A stretch of DNA of 64,000 nt, taken from positions 3,233,106 to 3,297,105 of the forward strand of contig CAVNZM010000003.1 in the NCBI GenBank assembly GCA_963693365.1, written 5' to 3'. Source of the DNA: Amoebidium appalachense (lineage: Eukaryota > Protista > Ichthyosporea). Shown here one piece after another: positions 1 to 13,719 of the stretch. Made by a program: the position numbers and the translations under genes. The notes under the pieces were generated by a model. The model was given only the letters and a program-made list of their open reading frames with translations. It was not told the origin of the DNA and ran no database searches. Numbering within the stretch: the first letter of the stretch is position 1; each line of letters opens with the position of its first letter.

Positions 1-389
1 GGTGTGTCTGAGTGTGTGTGTGCGCCGGTGTGTGTGTGTGCGCTTGTTGCGTGTGCATGTGTGTGCATGTGTGCGTGAGTTTGTGTGTGCATGTCTATTT
101 CATTGTAAAGACTTGAGGCAACAAGATAGCAAGAGGCGCTCTTGACTGCCTAGGGGCCGGGGAAGGGGGGAGGGGGGAGGGGGGATACATGACTAGAGGA
201 TGGAGGACGGGGGGACCGCGTGGGGGGAGGGGGCGGGGGGGTGAATGGAGCAGGGTCTTGTGGTGGTGAGGGGAGGGGGGGGGGAGGGGGGGGGGGGGGG
301 GCATGCATATGGTTTGGGGAATGCGGCATGTTAGACACCAGGGTGGAAAAGCAGTGACGAGCCACTGACACTTCACTGTGTGCACACAG

Positions 390-556
390 TTGTCAAATGC
401 TACCGACGGCATACCCGTAGTGGTGTCATCTGCGTGGATTGCAAACGACCAGAGCACTCTGGGTTTCTTCTTCACTACACCAGTGAAATCCTCCGGAACG
501 TAAGTATATACATATTTGAAAAACACTTACACACACGTGCGCATGCATGCGTGCAC

Positions 557-639
<83 letters not shown>

Positions 640-1081
640 TCGCACTCGCCCTCAAACTCACACACACAAGTGTATGTGCCCACCCGCACACACACATCCA
701 CACCACCCCCGACTGCATTACAATTCATGTACGCATGACCCGATGCTCCCCCAAGCAAACACATGCTCCCTATCCCTCCCGCCGTACTTTCACACCCAAT
801 CAGGAGCCAGGACAAAAGCATGCAATACACCATATGCACTGTGCCAGCATTATTTTCATGTTTCTAGGTCAAACCACCCAACATCCATTCCATCCCCGCT
901 TACCCCCCAGGCCCCTCCCCCACCCCTAAAAGGGATGGTGAGAGAGAGAGGGGGGGGAGGGAGGGGGAGGGGGGAAGAGGGAGAAAGCGTCGCAAATTTT
1001 CTCTGGTAGTTACTCTCGTAATTCAAAAATTAGTAACATATCATCTCTCCCCCCCTCCCCCCCCCCCCCCCCCAAACACAC

Positions 1082-1127
<46 letters not shown>

Positions 1128-1188
1128 GCACGCACGCACGCACACACACACGCACGCACGCACGCACGCACACTTTCCCCCCCCCCCC

Positions 1189-1235
<47 letters not shown>

Positions 1236-1459
1236 TTAGGGTCAACTTCGCCGTGCTTGTGGATCTGGACCTGTTTGGAAGCAACTGCAAAAACTCCATT
1301 AAAGGCTGCACGGTACATGTGGTGAGTGAGGACGGAGAGAGAATTGAAGCAAACGGCATGCTAAGTGCGAACGGTGAGATCGTAAACATAACAAAGTCGC
1401 TCGATGCAAGGCGGGTACTGTTGGTGGTGGTGGCGCACGTGGTACCCCCAGTAAGGTAA
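390..1459 (+). CDS. 3' end of an unknown protein gene (last two exons; gene starts upstream of the window)
   Basis: Exon 390-499 (cacacag|TTG...GGA AC|gtaagt) joins in phase to exon 1240-1459 (ttttag|G GTC...AGG TAA). Product: [109 protein letters not shown]. Beta-rich composition; family not identified. Confidence 0.7.
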
Positions 1460-2452
1460 TAATGGCGTGAAAATGCTATTGGGCAGGTGCGCGCCCCTTA
1501 AACTGCCTGTAATGTGTTACACATCAAGAGTCTTTGTGTTTTTGAAATTAATTTATGCAGGGAAAATTGTTCCAAACAAGACTAGAGCTAATAAGCAAAA
1601 GGTATAAGGCAACCACGAAGCGCTGCTAAATGCAACAATAATGTGCTGCACATCGAGAGCCTGTGTGACGGATAGTGGTGTGTAAAAGAAAAGATGTTCC
1701 AAATCTAAACTGTTGGACTACATGTGCATACAGCTGATAGACTAAGCAGGTATGAAAAGACTGCAAAGTTCAACAAAAGTGGTTTTTGGTTAGCGCCGTC
1801 AAATTCCGGTGCATTTCAAGTTTATGTGCATTTTAATGTGCTGTGCAGGGTATTTCTTTCTTTTCTTTCTTTTTTTTTTTTTTTGCCCCCTTGTTTTAGG
1901 AACTGCAGGCTATTGAATGGCCGTAATAATCTCCCCTAGTAAGGCCGGTATACTAACTAATAAACTGCAACGATGATTTTGCGTGTGTGTGGACAGTTGC
2001 AAGGCAGCAAGTTACTAAGTTGTATTATTGCATTTAATGACTTTTAAACTATGGACAATGGGAAAGTGGTTTTGTTTGGATATAAGTTGTCGATGCCACC
2101 TAGGCTGAAAAAGAATCATAAATCAGTCCCTTACTAAACTAAACCTTAAAACCCTATTAAGGTAATCATTGATCGAGAATTCTCGGCGATCTCAACATCT
2201 CCACACACCTACTATTCGTTCACTTAGCCTACCCGACATGTTAATTCAAATGATGTGCTGAGGTTATTACTATATCGGAATTTTCCATCTATCACCACTC
2301 CCACGCTGCTACGTTGGCCGTCCATACCAACCCTCTTCAGATTTCATTCTGCATCCCCCCATCCCCCCCCCCCCGCGCACTCCCCACCCCCACCCACCCA
2401 CCCTTCACCCTCTATACTATCCGGCCTATCGCTGCCGGCCCAAGCCTAATAG

Positions 2453-2755
2453 TAGGATCCATCCATCGTCCCCCGGCCCCCCGAGGCCTCCCCTATCCCC
2501 CCCCCCCCCCCCCCTCCCCCGGGCCCTGCGCCCCGTCCGGCGGCAACACGCGCTCACACGTACACACACGCGCGGCGGCAACACGCGCTCACACGTACAC
2601 ACACACGCGGCGGCAACACGCGCTCACACGTACACGCACACACACGTACACACACGTGTGTACGTGTGAGCGCGTGTTGCCGCCGGACGTGTGTGTACGT
2701 ATACGTGAGTGCGTGTTGCCGCCGGACGGGGCGGGGCCGGAGGGAGGGGGGGGAT

Positions 2756-2787
<32 letters not shown>

Positions 2788-2821
2788 CCCCGGGGGGCCG
2801 GGGGAAGATGGATGGATCCTA
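2453..2821. mobile_element. Foldback/MITE-like palindromic element flanked by TA
   Basis: Left end ta|GGATCCATCCATCGTCCCCCGGCCCCCCG is the inverted repeat of right end CGGGGGGCCGGGGGAAGATGGATGGATCC|ta. The interior has three direct and two inverted copies of a ~33-bp unit (cggcggcaacacgcgctcacacgtacac...). Confidence 0.7.
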
Positions 2822-2941
2822 TCACACACACTCACACACTCACACAAACACGCGCGCGCGCACACACACACGTGCACACAGACACACAGACACACACACG
2901 CACACACGTGCACACACGCACACACACACGCACACACGCAC

Positions 2942-2992
<51 letters not shown>

Positions 2993-3932
2993 CGCCGCCA
3001 TGCATGCGCAGATTGAGAGAGGCCTTCGAATTTTCCGAAGTGCGTATTTTACTTATGTTTACCAGGTCCACCCTCCCTCCATGGCCACACACAGAGCAGT
3101 TAACGTTGCTGCAATGCACACAGTGTACGTGCAGGCTTGCGTGCCTACTTGGTAATTACACGTGGAAGTTGCATGGCTCAGGCAGGCGCGGGCCCCGTAC
3201 GTGTAAACGTAGCCTGAAGGGCAACTTGGATACTAAGTAGACGGTCCGACGGTCATGCGCATGCGTGCGTGTAGGTAGGAATGCGTGCGTGTATACATGT
3301 GTGTGTGCACGTGCGTATGTCTGTGGATGCGTGCATGCGTGTCAGTGTTGAGTGTCCGTTTATGTGTGTGTGCGCGTGTGCATGCGTGTGTGCGTGTGCA
3401 CGTGTTCGTGTGTGCGTGTGCGTGTGTGTACGTGTGTGCGTGTCATGGTGCGTCAGCAGGGCTGGCAGTGTAGGGCAACTGCAAATCGGAACAACTCTAT
3501 ATTAGCTCAATATGGTTATTAATAAGTCTCAACCAATAGGAATGAGGATTCAATTCAATAAAAATGTAGACTCCTCAGTGTGGGGGTCCAAACTTTTCTG
3601 GCCGAAACAAAATTTAGCTTTTTTAAGTCGAGTTTTTTTGGATACCAAATCACTAGCATAGCCAGCATAATACTTTCTCGGAAAACCTTTTTATTGTATT
3701 ATATCTGATTTATTTAGCACTTTTTGGGTATCAAAAGTGCAAGATGTTATATAATGACCAAGTCCAAGAATTTTAATTAAGTGTATCGGAATCTATACAC
3801 ACCCCCTATTTATCATCTGGAGTAAAGGGTGGACAAAGCTGCCTGTACCTGTCTCCCGGGCCCCGGGCCCGTGACTGAGCACACACTTTTCACCATATTT
3901 TTGTTTGTTTGTTTCAACATCGCGCACACACA

Positions 3933-5648
3933 ATGGCAAGGAAGCAGGCGAAGGCCGGCTCCCCTGGTGGGGTAAAGCCCACTGCCACCTCAAAGACCAA
4001 TGGGGCAACCCAAACGCACACAGAGAAGGAGTCAAAGGGGGAGAAAACACCGAAGATTACAGTAACACCAACACACGAAACAGTGAAAAGCAAGGATCAG
4101 TACTCTGTAGGTGTTGTCGGTTACTTGTGGCTTCTCGTAGTTCTAGTATCGGCGGGTGTTATTTTTTGGGCCTCACTTGATGACACATACGTAGGCACAT
4201 TTTTTGAGGACCTATATTTAAAGGACTTTCCCCCGAATTGCGCGGGTGCAAAAACATGGCTAACGTCGTTTCACAACACCAAGGGCCAGCACGTTGTGTG
4301 CATGAGGAAAGATGACAACGGGAAGATCAAGGTGGATGTGTGGAAGAATGCGCTTTTCGGTTCACGGGTTGAACTTGAACTTGATAGTAAGGACATGGGA
4401 TGGGAGAAAGTGAGAGAGGTCTTTACTGAAAAGGTGGGTGCTATAGGGTATAGAACATCTCAACTCTTTTTTTCCTGCCTGTTTGGATCCGGTGTCATTC
4501 CCGCACTCGTAGAGGGCAGGTATGCGCTCCTTTTCGCTTTCAACGTATCCCCCGTTCCATTTTTTCCCTTAGAGATCGGGGCCATACAAATGCAAGTTTG
4601 TGAGGTGCTGCAAGGTTCTTCCGGTTTACAATCTTTCTAACCCATCTGCATAAACTGTGGTTGCCCCTCCCCCCCTCCCCCCCCCCCCCTCCCCCCCCCC
4701 CCCCCACACACACACACCCCATCCCCTCGCCTCCACGACCATGGCATCCCCTGTCGCTGCTCCGTCCCTCCCTCCTCCCCCCCTCCCCGCCCTCCCCCCG
4801 TCCCCCCCCCCCCCCCCCCCCCTCCTTCCCGTCCCTTAAAGCCCAACAAAAATGAAGACCTTTCCAACCTCTTTATAAAAGCTCCTCCCTGTACTCTTCC
4901 AATATATTTATAAGCTTGAATTAATTTGCCAAAGGGAAGGTGTCGATCCGTCTTTTCCTGGTTCGTTTTGGTTTGAGTGAGTATGCTGTTTTGAGGAGGG
5001 CTTCCCCTTCCCCCTCTCTCCACCCTTCATCTCACCGCAGAAAGCCCGCAAGCACCGCCCTTGTACGCTCGTGCTCGTACACCACACACTCAGACATACA
5101 TGCCCTGCATGCCAGCCGATGTATCAACAACAACCCCCCCCCCCCCCCCCCCCCAACCTCTGTCCTTCGATTATCTCATACTCTCGGTGTACTTGGCACT
5201 CTGCATTGTGTTGTCCGTCATGGATGTGTGCTTCGTACTCTACAACACATATTACCCCTCCTCCTCCCTCCCCCTCCCCCCCCTCCCCCCTGCCCCCTCC
5301 TCACTCGCCCCCCCCCCCCCCCCCCCCCCCTCACGCCTTTCCGAAGACTATATTCCCCTCTCCCTTCCCCCCCCCTCCTCCCAATACACAAACACACAGT
5401 ACGCCACCACACACACAAAGACACACAACCCCACTCCAGAACTCCCCCCCCCCCCCCAGCCTCCCCCCTTGCCTCATCCCCCCTGAGGATGGGCTTTGCT
5501 CATTATGCGCACTATTTTTGTGTGCTTTACACTCTTGCACTGTGTTGCCTGTCGTGAATGTGTACTTCTTACTCTTTGACCCACTGTACCCCCACCCCCC
5601 CCCCTTCCGCCGCTTTCCGACTTCCATGTCCCTCCGCCTCCCCCCGCA

Positions 5649-5700
<52 letters not shown>

Positions 5701-5813
5701 ACCACCACCACCACCACCACCGCCCGTGTGTCCCTTTGCCACATCCCAATGCCTATACACATTACCCACGCACCAGACATGTCGCTATGTGAAGGTTCAA
5801 TATTGACACCCCC

Positions 5814-5853
<40 letters not shown>

Positions 5854-6004
5854 CCCCCCCCCCCCCCCCCCTCTCTCTCTCTCTCTCCCTCTCCCCCTCC
5901 CTCTCTCCCTCTCTCTCTCTCTCCCCCCTCCCCCCCTCTCTCTCCACGGCCCTCTGAAGAAAAGATCTCTCTCTCTCTCTCTCCCTCTCTCTCTCTCTCT
6001 CACC

Positions 6005-6063
<59 letters not shown>

Positions 6064-7414
6064 AGAGAGTCTCTCTCTCCCCCCCCCCCCCCCCACCACC
6101 ACCACCACCACCACCACCACCACCACCACTGGCCCCCCAACCCACCTTCCCACTACCACCACCACAACCACACCCCATGAATGATTTTTTGTTTATTGTC
6201 TGAAATGTCGTGTGGTTTAGTCTTGACTCTCAACTTTGATGCATCCTTCCCCCCCCCCCCTCCCCCCCAACCACCACCACCATCACCACCAGTCCTCCGG
6301 CCCACCCTCCCCTACCCCACCCAACCCTGCACACACACACACACACACACACTCCTTATCCCCCCCTCTCCCGCTCCCCCCTCCTCCCCCCCCCCCTCCC
6401 CCCCACCCAAACCCCCCCGTGCCCTCCCCTCCCTTATCTCTCTCTCCCTTATCTCTCCCTCTCCCCTCCATCCCTTTCACTTACAACCTCTCTCCACCCA
6501 TACGTACAGATTGTGGACGGCAAGCCCACAACCAAACTGGCACAGGAATACCAAAACCCATGGGAGTTTTTCACCACCTATGGCCGCCCAATCAACACCA
6601 CTGAACAGATGCTAAATTCGGAAATCTTCTACCTTTTGGAAGGGGGGGTGTGGGTATGGCCCGGGGTTCGCCTCGGTTTTACGCAAACAGTTGAACTGGA
6701 CATTGGGAACGTGACCCTCCGTACGCTCTCCCTCTCCCCTCTGGTTATCGAGGTGAGCACTGTTTTGCTTGAAGAAGAAATGAAACACGTCATTGAAAAA
6801 GCGAGCAAGGATTTCAAACCCAGCACGGTTCTATACGGGGGGAAAGTTGGGAACGGCTCGGATGATAGTACCGGGGGATACCGAACGAGCAGTCACACAT
6901 GGTTGCTTGAAGTCGACGAATTTGTCGACAAGATAGACGAGAGGATAGCCGAACTTTCGCGGTGTCCAAAGGAAAACCAGGAGCACGTTCAGGTGGTGAG
7001 ATATGAGCTCGGGCAGAAATTCTGGGCCCACCACGACTATCACGACGACAGCGGGTGGGACGAACAGACGAAAATCGAGCAGAAATGGGATCAGAGGTTG
7101 TACAACGGGTTTGCAAATAGGCTTTTGACCATTTTGTGGTACATGTCGGACGTGGAGGAGGGCGGGGAGACGTGGTTTGCGTCCAAGAAATGGTTCGACG
7201 TCAAAAACTTAATTACCGCGAGGTTGGAATTTCCTTCGACGTGCAGCACTGGGTTAATGGTGAAGCGGTTAAGGGAGGGGCGGCTATGTTTTATAGCATG
7301 CTGCCGAATGGGCATATGGACCCGAATAGTTTGCACGCGGGCTGTCCGGTCAAGAAGGGGACAAAGTATTTGGCAAACAAGTGGGTGTGGAATAAGAAGT
7401 TTTTGTGGATTTGA
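3933..7414 (+). CDS. Type II membrane prolyl 4-hydroxylase (2OG-Fe(II) oxygenase); 2 exons, one apparent 1-nt deletion near 7266
   Basis: Exon 1 3933-4433 (MARKQAK..., TM segment VVGYLWLLVVLVSAGVIFWA, ends AAG|gtgggt). Exon 2 6510-7414 (tacag|ATT GTG GAC). Motifs: TLSLSPLV, RTSSHTWL, QVVRYELGQKFWAHHDY (HxD) and NRLLTILWYMSDVEEGGETWF, then after a frame change FYSMLPNG...SLHAGCPVKKGTKYLANKWVWN. Restoring one C at aag c(c)g gtt gives the expected GLMVKPVKGGAAMFY. Confidence 0.9.
5480..5592 (+). repeat. Short copy of C-run-bounded repeat family A (3' module), in P4H intron
   Basis: ccctgaggatgggctttgctcattatgc...gtgtacttc...cccc matches the reverse complement of 29700-29812 and 27900-28045. Confidence 0.7.
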
Positions 7415-7449
7415 CGTATCTGAGCTGCAAGTGCTGCTTTCCCCGAATT

Positions 7450-7493
<44 letters not shown>

Positions 7494-7612
7494 TTTTTTT
7501 TTTTTTTTTTTGGCCCGTCTCACTCCCTTTTCTTGTTCTCGTATGTATGCATACACATTTCCATTCATGTAAGTGGGTAATGGGGTGGGTGGGTGGGTGG
7601 GGGGTGGGGAGT

Positions 7613-7643
<31 letters not shown>

Positions 7644-8039
7644 TTTGTTGTTTTGATGATACCTGAATTTTATTGCGTGATGTAACATGACAGCGCTAAT
7701 GTCTATGCAGGGTTGACCGTTTAGGCCCCGGCTGTTGATATGAATACTGCGCTCTCTTTTTTATTCGGAGACTTGCCAATAGCCCTTAGAACGAAAATTG
7801 CCTTGCTGCAGGCTAGTGCATATTACAGTAGTGTTGTAATCCTAGCCAGTCAAATTACGGCTTCTAATTAGCACGATGTTAAAGCTCCTGTTAAGTATAC
7901 CCAATTGGGATATTATATATATTCATTTCAGTACATATTGAATGTATGAAAGGCTTGCTGTATCCAATCAGCGGCTTTTCAAGTGTTGAATTGTTTCTGT
8001 CACCATGCACAACTGCTACACCACCATACTGTGCGCGCC

Positions 8040-8084
<45 letters not shown>

Positions 8085-8900
8085 AACCCACCCACTTACC
8101 CACCCACCCCACCCCCCACCAACCTCTCCATGCCCGCCCCGCTCCACACACACACACACACGTGCACACGTGCACACACACACCATCCCCGACCGGTCCT
8201 GCCCAATTCACTCAACAGTTTTCCCCACTCTCCCCCGGTTTTTTTAGTAACACACAACCCCAAATGGGAGACCCCCTCCCCCCCCCTCCTCTTCCCTGTC
8301 CCACCCTTCTCCTCCCCGCTCCGGAGTTACACACACACGTGTGTGTGTGCGCGCACACACACACGCACACCGTGTGACACACACACACATGTACAATACA
8401 GTTGCTGTAGCCAAAACGAGATAGTCACTGAGATAGTTTCACCGAAATTTTCGATCGAGAGATTGATGACGTCACGAGCGTGGGAACAAGGGGACGGGTG
8501 TCTCCTCCCCCTCCCCCCGCCCCCCCCTCCCCCCCTCCCCCAGGGCACCCGTTAACTTTGGAAGGTTGGAAAGGGGGACAACCACGACACTATCGAGCAG
8601 GGGGTGGTGGGGTTTTCCTGTGTTGAATGTGCATATATATCGTACTCACTAACACATTCTAATCTCCCCCCCCCCCCCCCCCCCCCCCGGGGGGGGATTT
8701 CAACGTCTGCTTCCGAAAATGTGCTGTTCTGCCCCCCACCCTACACATATGCACACACACACTAGCTAAACGAATAAAAACAAAGCCGGTATATTGTCAA
8801 CGGTGTTTGCTGCATATGGCTCCTAATGAGAGCCGATTCTGAAGGCCATGCGTCCTCCTCCCTCCCCCCCCCCTCCCCCCCCCCCCCCCCCCCCCTCCCC

Positions 8901-9040
8901 CCTTGAGGATGAGCTCTGCTTATGATCCATACTGTTCGCATTGCTGATGTTGCATTTGAGTGTTTGCCTTTGCATGTGTCATGTACCATGCTTCTCAGCG
9001 TGTATGTGTACTTCGTCTATTTTGCATTCAACTTACCCCC
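8901..9040 (+). repeat. Short copy of repeat family A (3' module) between two poly-C runs
   Basis: ccttgaggatgagctctgcttatga...cattgctgatgttgcat...tgtttgcctttgcatgtgtc...ccatgcttctca..gtgtatg.gtacttcgt...gcattcaa is closely similar to the reverse complement of 27907-28042. Confidence 0.8.
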
Positions 9041-10540
9041 CCCCCCACCCCCCCCCACCCCCACCCCCCCCCCCCCACACACACACACACACCACACACA
9101 CACACACGCAATCCCCGCCACAGTTCACGACAAAGCTAAACATATTATTCAACGATACCATTAGCCTGCCAGAAGAAAAGTGTAAGAGACTCCCCCGCCT
9201 TCACCCCTCCTCCGGGCCTTCAAGCACACACAAATACGGTGGAAGTTTGTTCCAAAATTGCCCAGGCTCACTAACAACCCCCTCCCCATCCCCTTCACCA
9301 TACACAAGCACACACTATTTACTATGTAGTAACACCACCATCGTCTTACCCCCAAGGGCCCATGATCATAATGACTGTCTGTCGTGCAACTCAGAACACC
9401 ATCTTCGTACCCACACACAGACGTAACACCCCGCACAGACGGAAGTGCACAGCAAACACCAACACGTCCGTGTGAGACCAACGGGGGGCGGGAGTGCCCG
9501 GGGAGGGAGGGGGAGAGGGGGGGAAAGACAATTACGGAATTTCACACATAGTGTCACACAGCTACTCAGATAGTTATTTTTGCCTGGTTAGCCCTTACCC
9601 CTACTACGACAAGCAGTTGGTTTGGGCATCTGGGTTATGGTGGGCTTTGTTCCTTTCCGGCCATAGCAAAGCTGAGAATAGGTGAAAAAAGACGTGGCCT
9701 TCCCTGATCAAGGGCACCTCGTTTTGTAGCACCGCAAAGAAAGAAGCTACAGCCCTCAATACCAAAGCTGTTGAACGCATTACACGAGCACTAGGCATGC
9801 ACACACACCACTCATGCGGCGTGATGGAAGCCACAGGCACTGCACCGCTGGCTGCAGTATGCTGAAGACCTTTTGGTCTGGCAGACCCTGTTGCTTACCG
9901 CGCAAGCATAACGTTTTAAAGGGCGATTTTTATTCCGGCAAATTGCGTCTCCATTTCCCGTACGTTAGACACCTTCATCTCGGCAGTTCTCTACTGTACC
10001 CCTGCACTGCGAACAAAATCACCAGCCTTGAGCACTTGCTTCTCCTGCACGCACGCTCGACATGCATGAGCCACGGTTGAACGGTATACTAGCCCTAGTT
10101 TAGCTCAAAAATGAAGCAGGACAAAGGTGGTGATTGATGTCTGGCGCAAAGTACTAAATGGGGCATAACCTGAAGAACAAACTCAGGAAACTACATGATG
10201 TCTGAGAGGGCTCGCCGTTCGCAGTGTCGACTTCGACTGTGGTTTTTTCCTTGTTTTCACTGCCGTCCGGCGCTTTGCGTAACGGTAAATTTGAAGGGGG
10301 TATCAGAAATTTAACTGATTACTCACGAATTTGCATTAATGCCCATAGATCACTATAGAACCCCGGACTTTGAACCGTTAGTCCTTAACTTGAAACTCTC
10401 AAAAGCTTGACGAGAAATAATAACGATTGTCATGATAGTTTCTCCCAACGTACACAGATGTGAAGGATTCATGTTTAGTTGTTCGTAAAAAGTAATGGAA
10501 CATAACGCCTTTTCCCTTTCCTTGCACGCACGGAAAAACA

Positions 10541-13209
10541 ATGGACGGGAAACTTTCCTCTAGTCACCGTCCTTTGTTCGAGGAAGACGGAACAAGTCTT
10601 TACACAGCCAAGTCAAAGAGCGGCCCCCTCCCTTCCCCCTATTCCACACACGCACGAAAGAGAGGCGACAGCAAAACAACGAGCATCCCTAGTAGTGAAA
10701 CAACACTATTGCGCACAACTTCTTCTGAAAACCGTCCCCCTCATAACCCACAAACACCACCTTCGGCGCAAAGACTAAAGGATCATGTTAGGCAAGGGCA
10801 AGATACACCCTCACCCTCTACTTCTACACCACCGCCAAGCACGCACACGCACACGCACACGCATACACAGCACACGCACGCGACGGATAGCAGTTTGGAT
10901 AGGGCGAAGAATCAAGCAGCAGCGAGCACTTTTAGTCCACCTACACAAAGGAGACACTACATCTACAACCACGACAATGACAACAATGCAGCCACAACAT
11001 CTGTGGAGGAGCTTCCCCGCCATCCGCGCACACCCGAGGATCATGCCACACACACACCACGGGTAGCTAAGGTGCGCAGGGGTATAAGTATGCCCGTTAT
11101 CCAGATGGCCCCACCGAAGTTTTCGCCCGCACGAACACGGGGGAATCCCTGGGCATGTTCTTGAGTCGCTCAACGAGGAAAAGGGGCCAAACGGGCAGGA
11201 GGAACAACGGGAGAACGGAAAAGAGGAGGGAGAGGGAAAGGAGGGAGATAGAGGGCCCAGCCCGCCACCACCCAACGGACCTGCACTTGCCAGAGACCAA
11301 ATGGCGACATCCTTCGACACAAAACGAAACCCCATTGCCCACCCCAACCCGGAGTCCTTTCTTTCGCCACCAATAGAAGGGATTAACAGCTCGCCCGAAC
11401 TTAGACGCACGCGCTCAAACACCGTAGACAACCCCACAGCTCATCATTCTAGTCAGTTTTTCCCTCGCACACGCTCGCTCGCATCCCTCGGCGCGCTTGC
11501 CACACGAGACGAGAATCTGGCGCAGCAGTTGAAACAGCGGCCGCGCATGTTAAGCGTTAGCAAGTTTCAGGAAAAGGTGGCGCAGTTTGACAAGGCGACG
11601 TGGGAGAAACTGGTGGAGCAGAGGATAGAGGAGGAGGTGTTGATATCCACGAAGGCAAGGAAGGCACACAAGGCCCGCCCGGAGTTGATCGATGTCGACT
11701 TGGTGCGCGGATCCACGTTTGCCAAGGCGAAACCGGCAGGCACGGAGTTGAATTCGCGTGCGGTTCGCGTGCTGTTTTTCCCTTTCTTTCGCTCATGGTG
11801 GGCTGGGGAGGTGAGCACCTCTTTCTTCCTCGTTGCTTCACTCGTCTACGCGTTCCATGTGGCGACGCTTCTGGCCTATGCGACGGCGGACATTGAAGAT
11901 GACATCGATGTCACCCTTCTGGAGGTCCTCCTCCCCGTATTTTCCCTCGTGTTGTTGAGTGTTGGCTATGCGCTCATCACCGTTCCAAGCAAGGACCCGG
12001 GTCTCGCCAGTAACCGTAGCGTTCGCACGGGCGGAGCGGAATCCAGCGGAGGGGGGCCATTGAAAAAGGCAGCCACGGTGGTCCAGAACAATGAGCAAGG
12101 GAGTGGGAGCGAATCAAGCGAACCGGATGAGGTGAAAGAGGAGGCGGTAGATGGCCAAGACGACGACCAGTCAACCAGCGCGTTTGTGCGCCGTCCGGCA
12201 AGCCTTGCTGGGGGCCTGGCTCTGAAGATTAGCGCCGTGTTGAGCGTGGGGCCGGGGATGGCGCACAAGATCGAAATGTCCCTGCCGCACATTGTGCACA
12301 TGATTTCGTGCAAGGTGGAGGAGGCACCCGAGACCATGCGATTCCTTTACATTGGCGTGGGTGCGTGTTTTCTCTCCGCGGCGCTGCCTACCCTGGGACG
12401 TCTGTATGAGGCGGGGAAACTCTCCCAGGCTCTTGAGGGGACGATCCCATCGGACATGTGGGCAGCGGCGTTTGGGGAGAGCCAACTGAGTTTGGCGATG
12501 GTGATTAGCAGCGCCATGGGCACTTTCTTCACTTCGTTTTTCGTGATTTTCGCCCTTGTGGTCGCCGAACACGCCTACTTCCACCGTTACCTCTACGCGA
12601 AATACTTTGGCGCTTTGACGTCTTCTTGCCGCGCCCGCCGGTACGGTCTTCCGCATTTCCGATTGCACAAGGTGGTAAACATCAAGATGTGGCTTGCGCT
12701 CCGCTCGTTTTTGAAAAGGCGCGGACCTCAGAGGAGCGTGGACACGATGGTTTCGTTCTGTTTCATTCTCGTTTTGGTTCTGGTCGGGTCCATGTCTCTT
12801 AAGGCGGCGACGGGGGTTGGGGCCGTTGATTCAGACGAACGACGATAGGCAGGTTGTTCTGTGGGGGTTTATGTTGTCTGTGTATTTGCTGCGGTTTATG
12901 ACGCTGGGCACGCACATAAACCAAAAATACCAAAACACGTCGCTGCTACTCACCGAACAGATAAACCTCTATTTGCGAATGGAGCAGACGCCGCACAAGA
13001 AGGACGAGTTGGGGATTTGCAACAACGTTTTGGGACTCAGCGCGAAACTTTTGCAGGAATTGGAGGCGCCCTATAAGGTTTCGGGGATGTCAATGTCTCC
13101 GATGCTGTATAACATTACGCGCGTGGTGGTCCTGTCGGCTTTTTCGTCCGTTTTGTCGGATGTGTTAGGGTTCAAGTTGAAAATTTGGAAGGCGGTGGGG
13201 AAGAAGTAG
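10541..13209 (+). CDS. PHTF: PHTF-family (putative homeodomain transcription factor) multi-pass membrane protein; intronless, two apparent +1 frameshifts (~11140, ~12815)
   Basis: Family motifs recognised from animal PHTF1/2: LIDVDLVRGSTFAKAKP; PHFRLHKVVNIKMWLALRSFLKRRGPQRSVD; LLLTEQINLYLRME..P.KK; YNITRVVVLSAFSSVLSDVLGFKLKIWK. The long low-complexity N-terminus from ATG 10541 joins only by removing one G in cggggg at 11138-11143, so the start is less certain. Confidence 0.9.
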
Positions 13210-13719
13210 TGTTTTTGTGTGGGTGGGTGAGGTTGGGGGGGGGGGGGGGGGAGGGGGGGTTCTTGCAGAGGGGGAGGGGGGGGATAGGCTTTGTTGGGTT
13301 AGCAAGACTGGACACTATTGGTTTTTATGTGTATTGCCTAAAATGGTGGCTTTCGTAATTGGCGGGACCATATTAATTACCATGCTACACACGCACAAAA
13401 ACATACACATGTGTGATATTCCTACTTTCTTATTGGCTTAAAAAAACTATGGCATGTTTTTGCATGTGTGTGTGGGTGTCCCTATGTGTTCATGTGTTCG
13501 AATGTTCAACTTCTGTATGCCGCCACGTGTTGTCCGTATGTAGAATTCTGAATGAATGAATCGTAGTATTAGATACTCAATTGCAAGCCCTTTTTTTTAA
13601 AAAAAAAGGAAAAAAGGAAAAAGAAAAAAAAGAAAAAAAAAAGAAAAAAAAAAGATATCAAGCCGTCGTAGTTCGATGATTCTACCGTAACTGAACTTAG
13701 ACTGCAAAACAACGGCGAG

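Noticed and set aside
4434-4960. Extension of P4H exon 1 ORF to 4640 and coding-looking antisense pieces in the intron
   Set aside because: The AAG|gtgggt donor at 4433 joins exon 2 in frame. The antisense frames are short, interrupted and have no recognisable motif.
9600-10080. Non-repetitive stretch that might be a decayed gene
   Set aside because: Only short ORFs with no identifiable motif; cannot be supported without a search.
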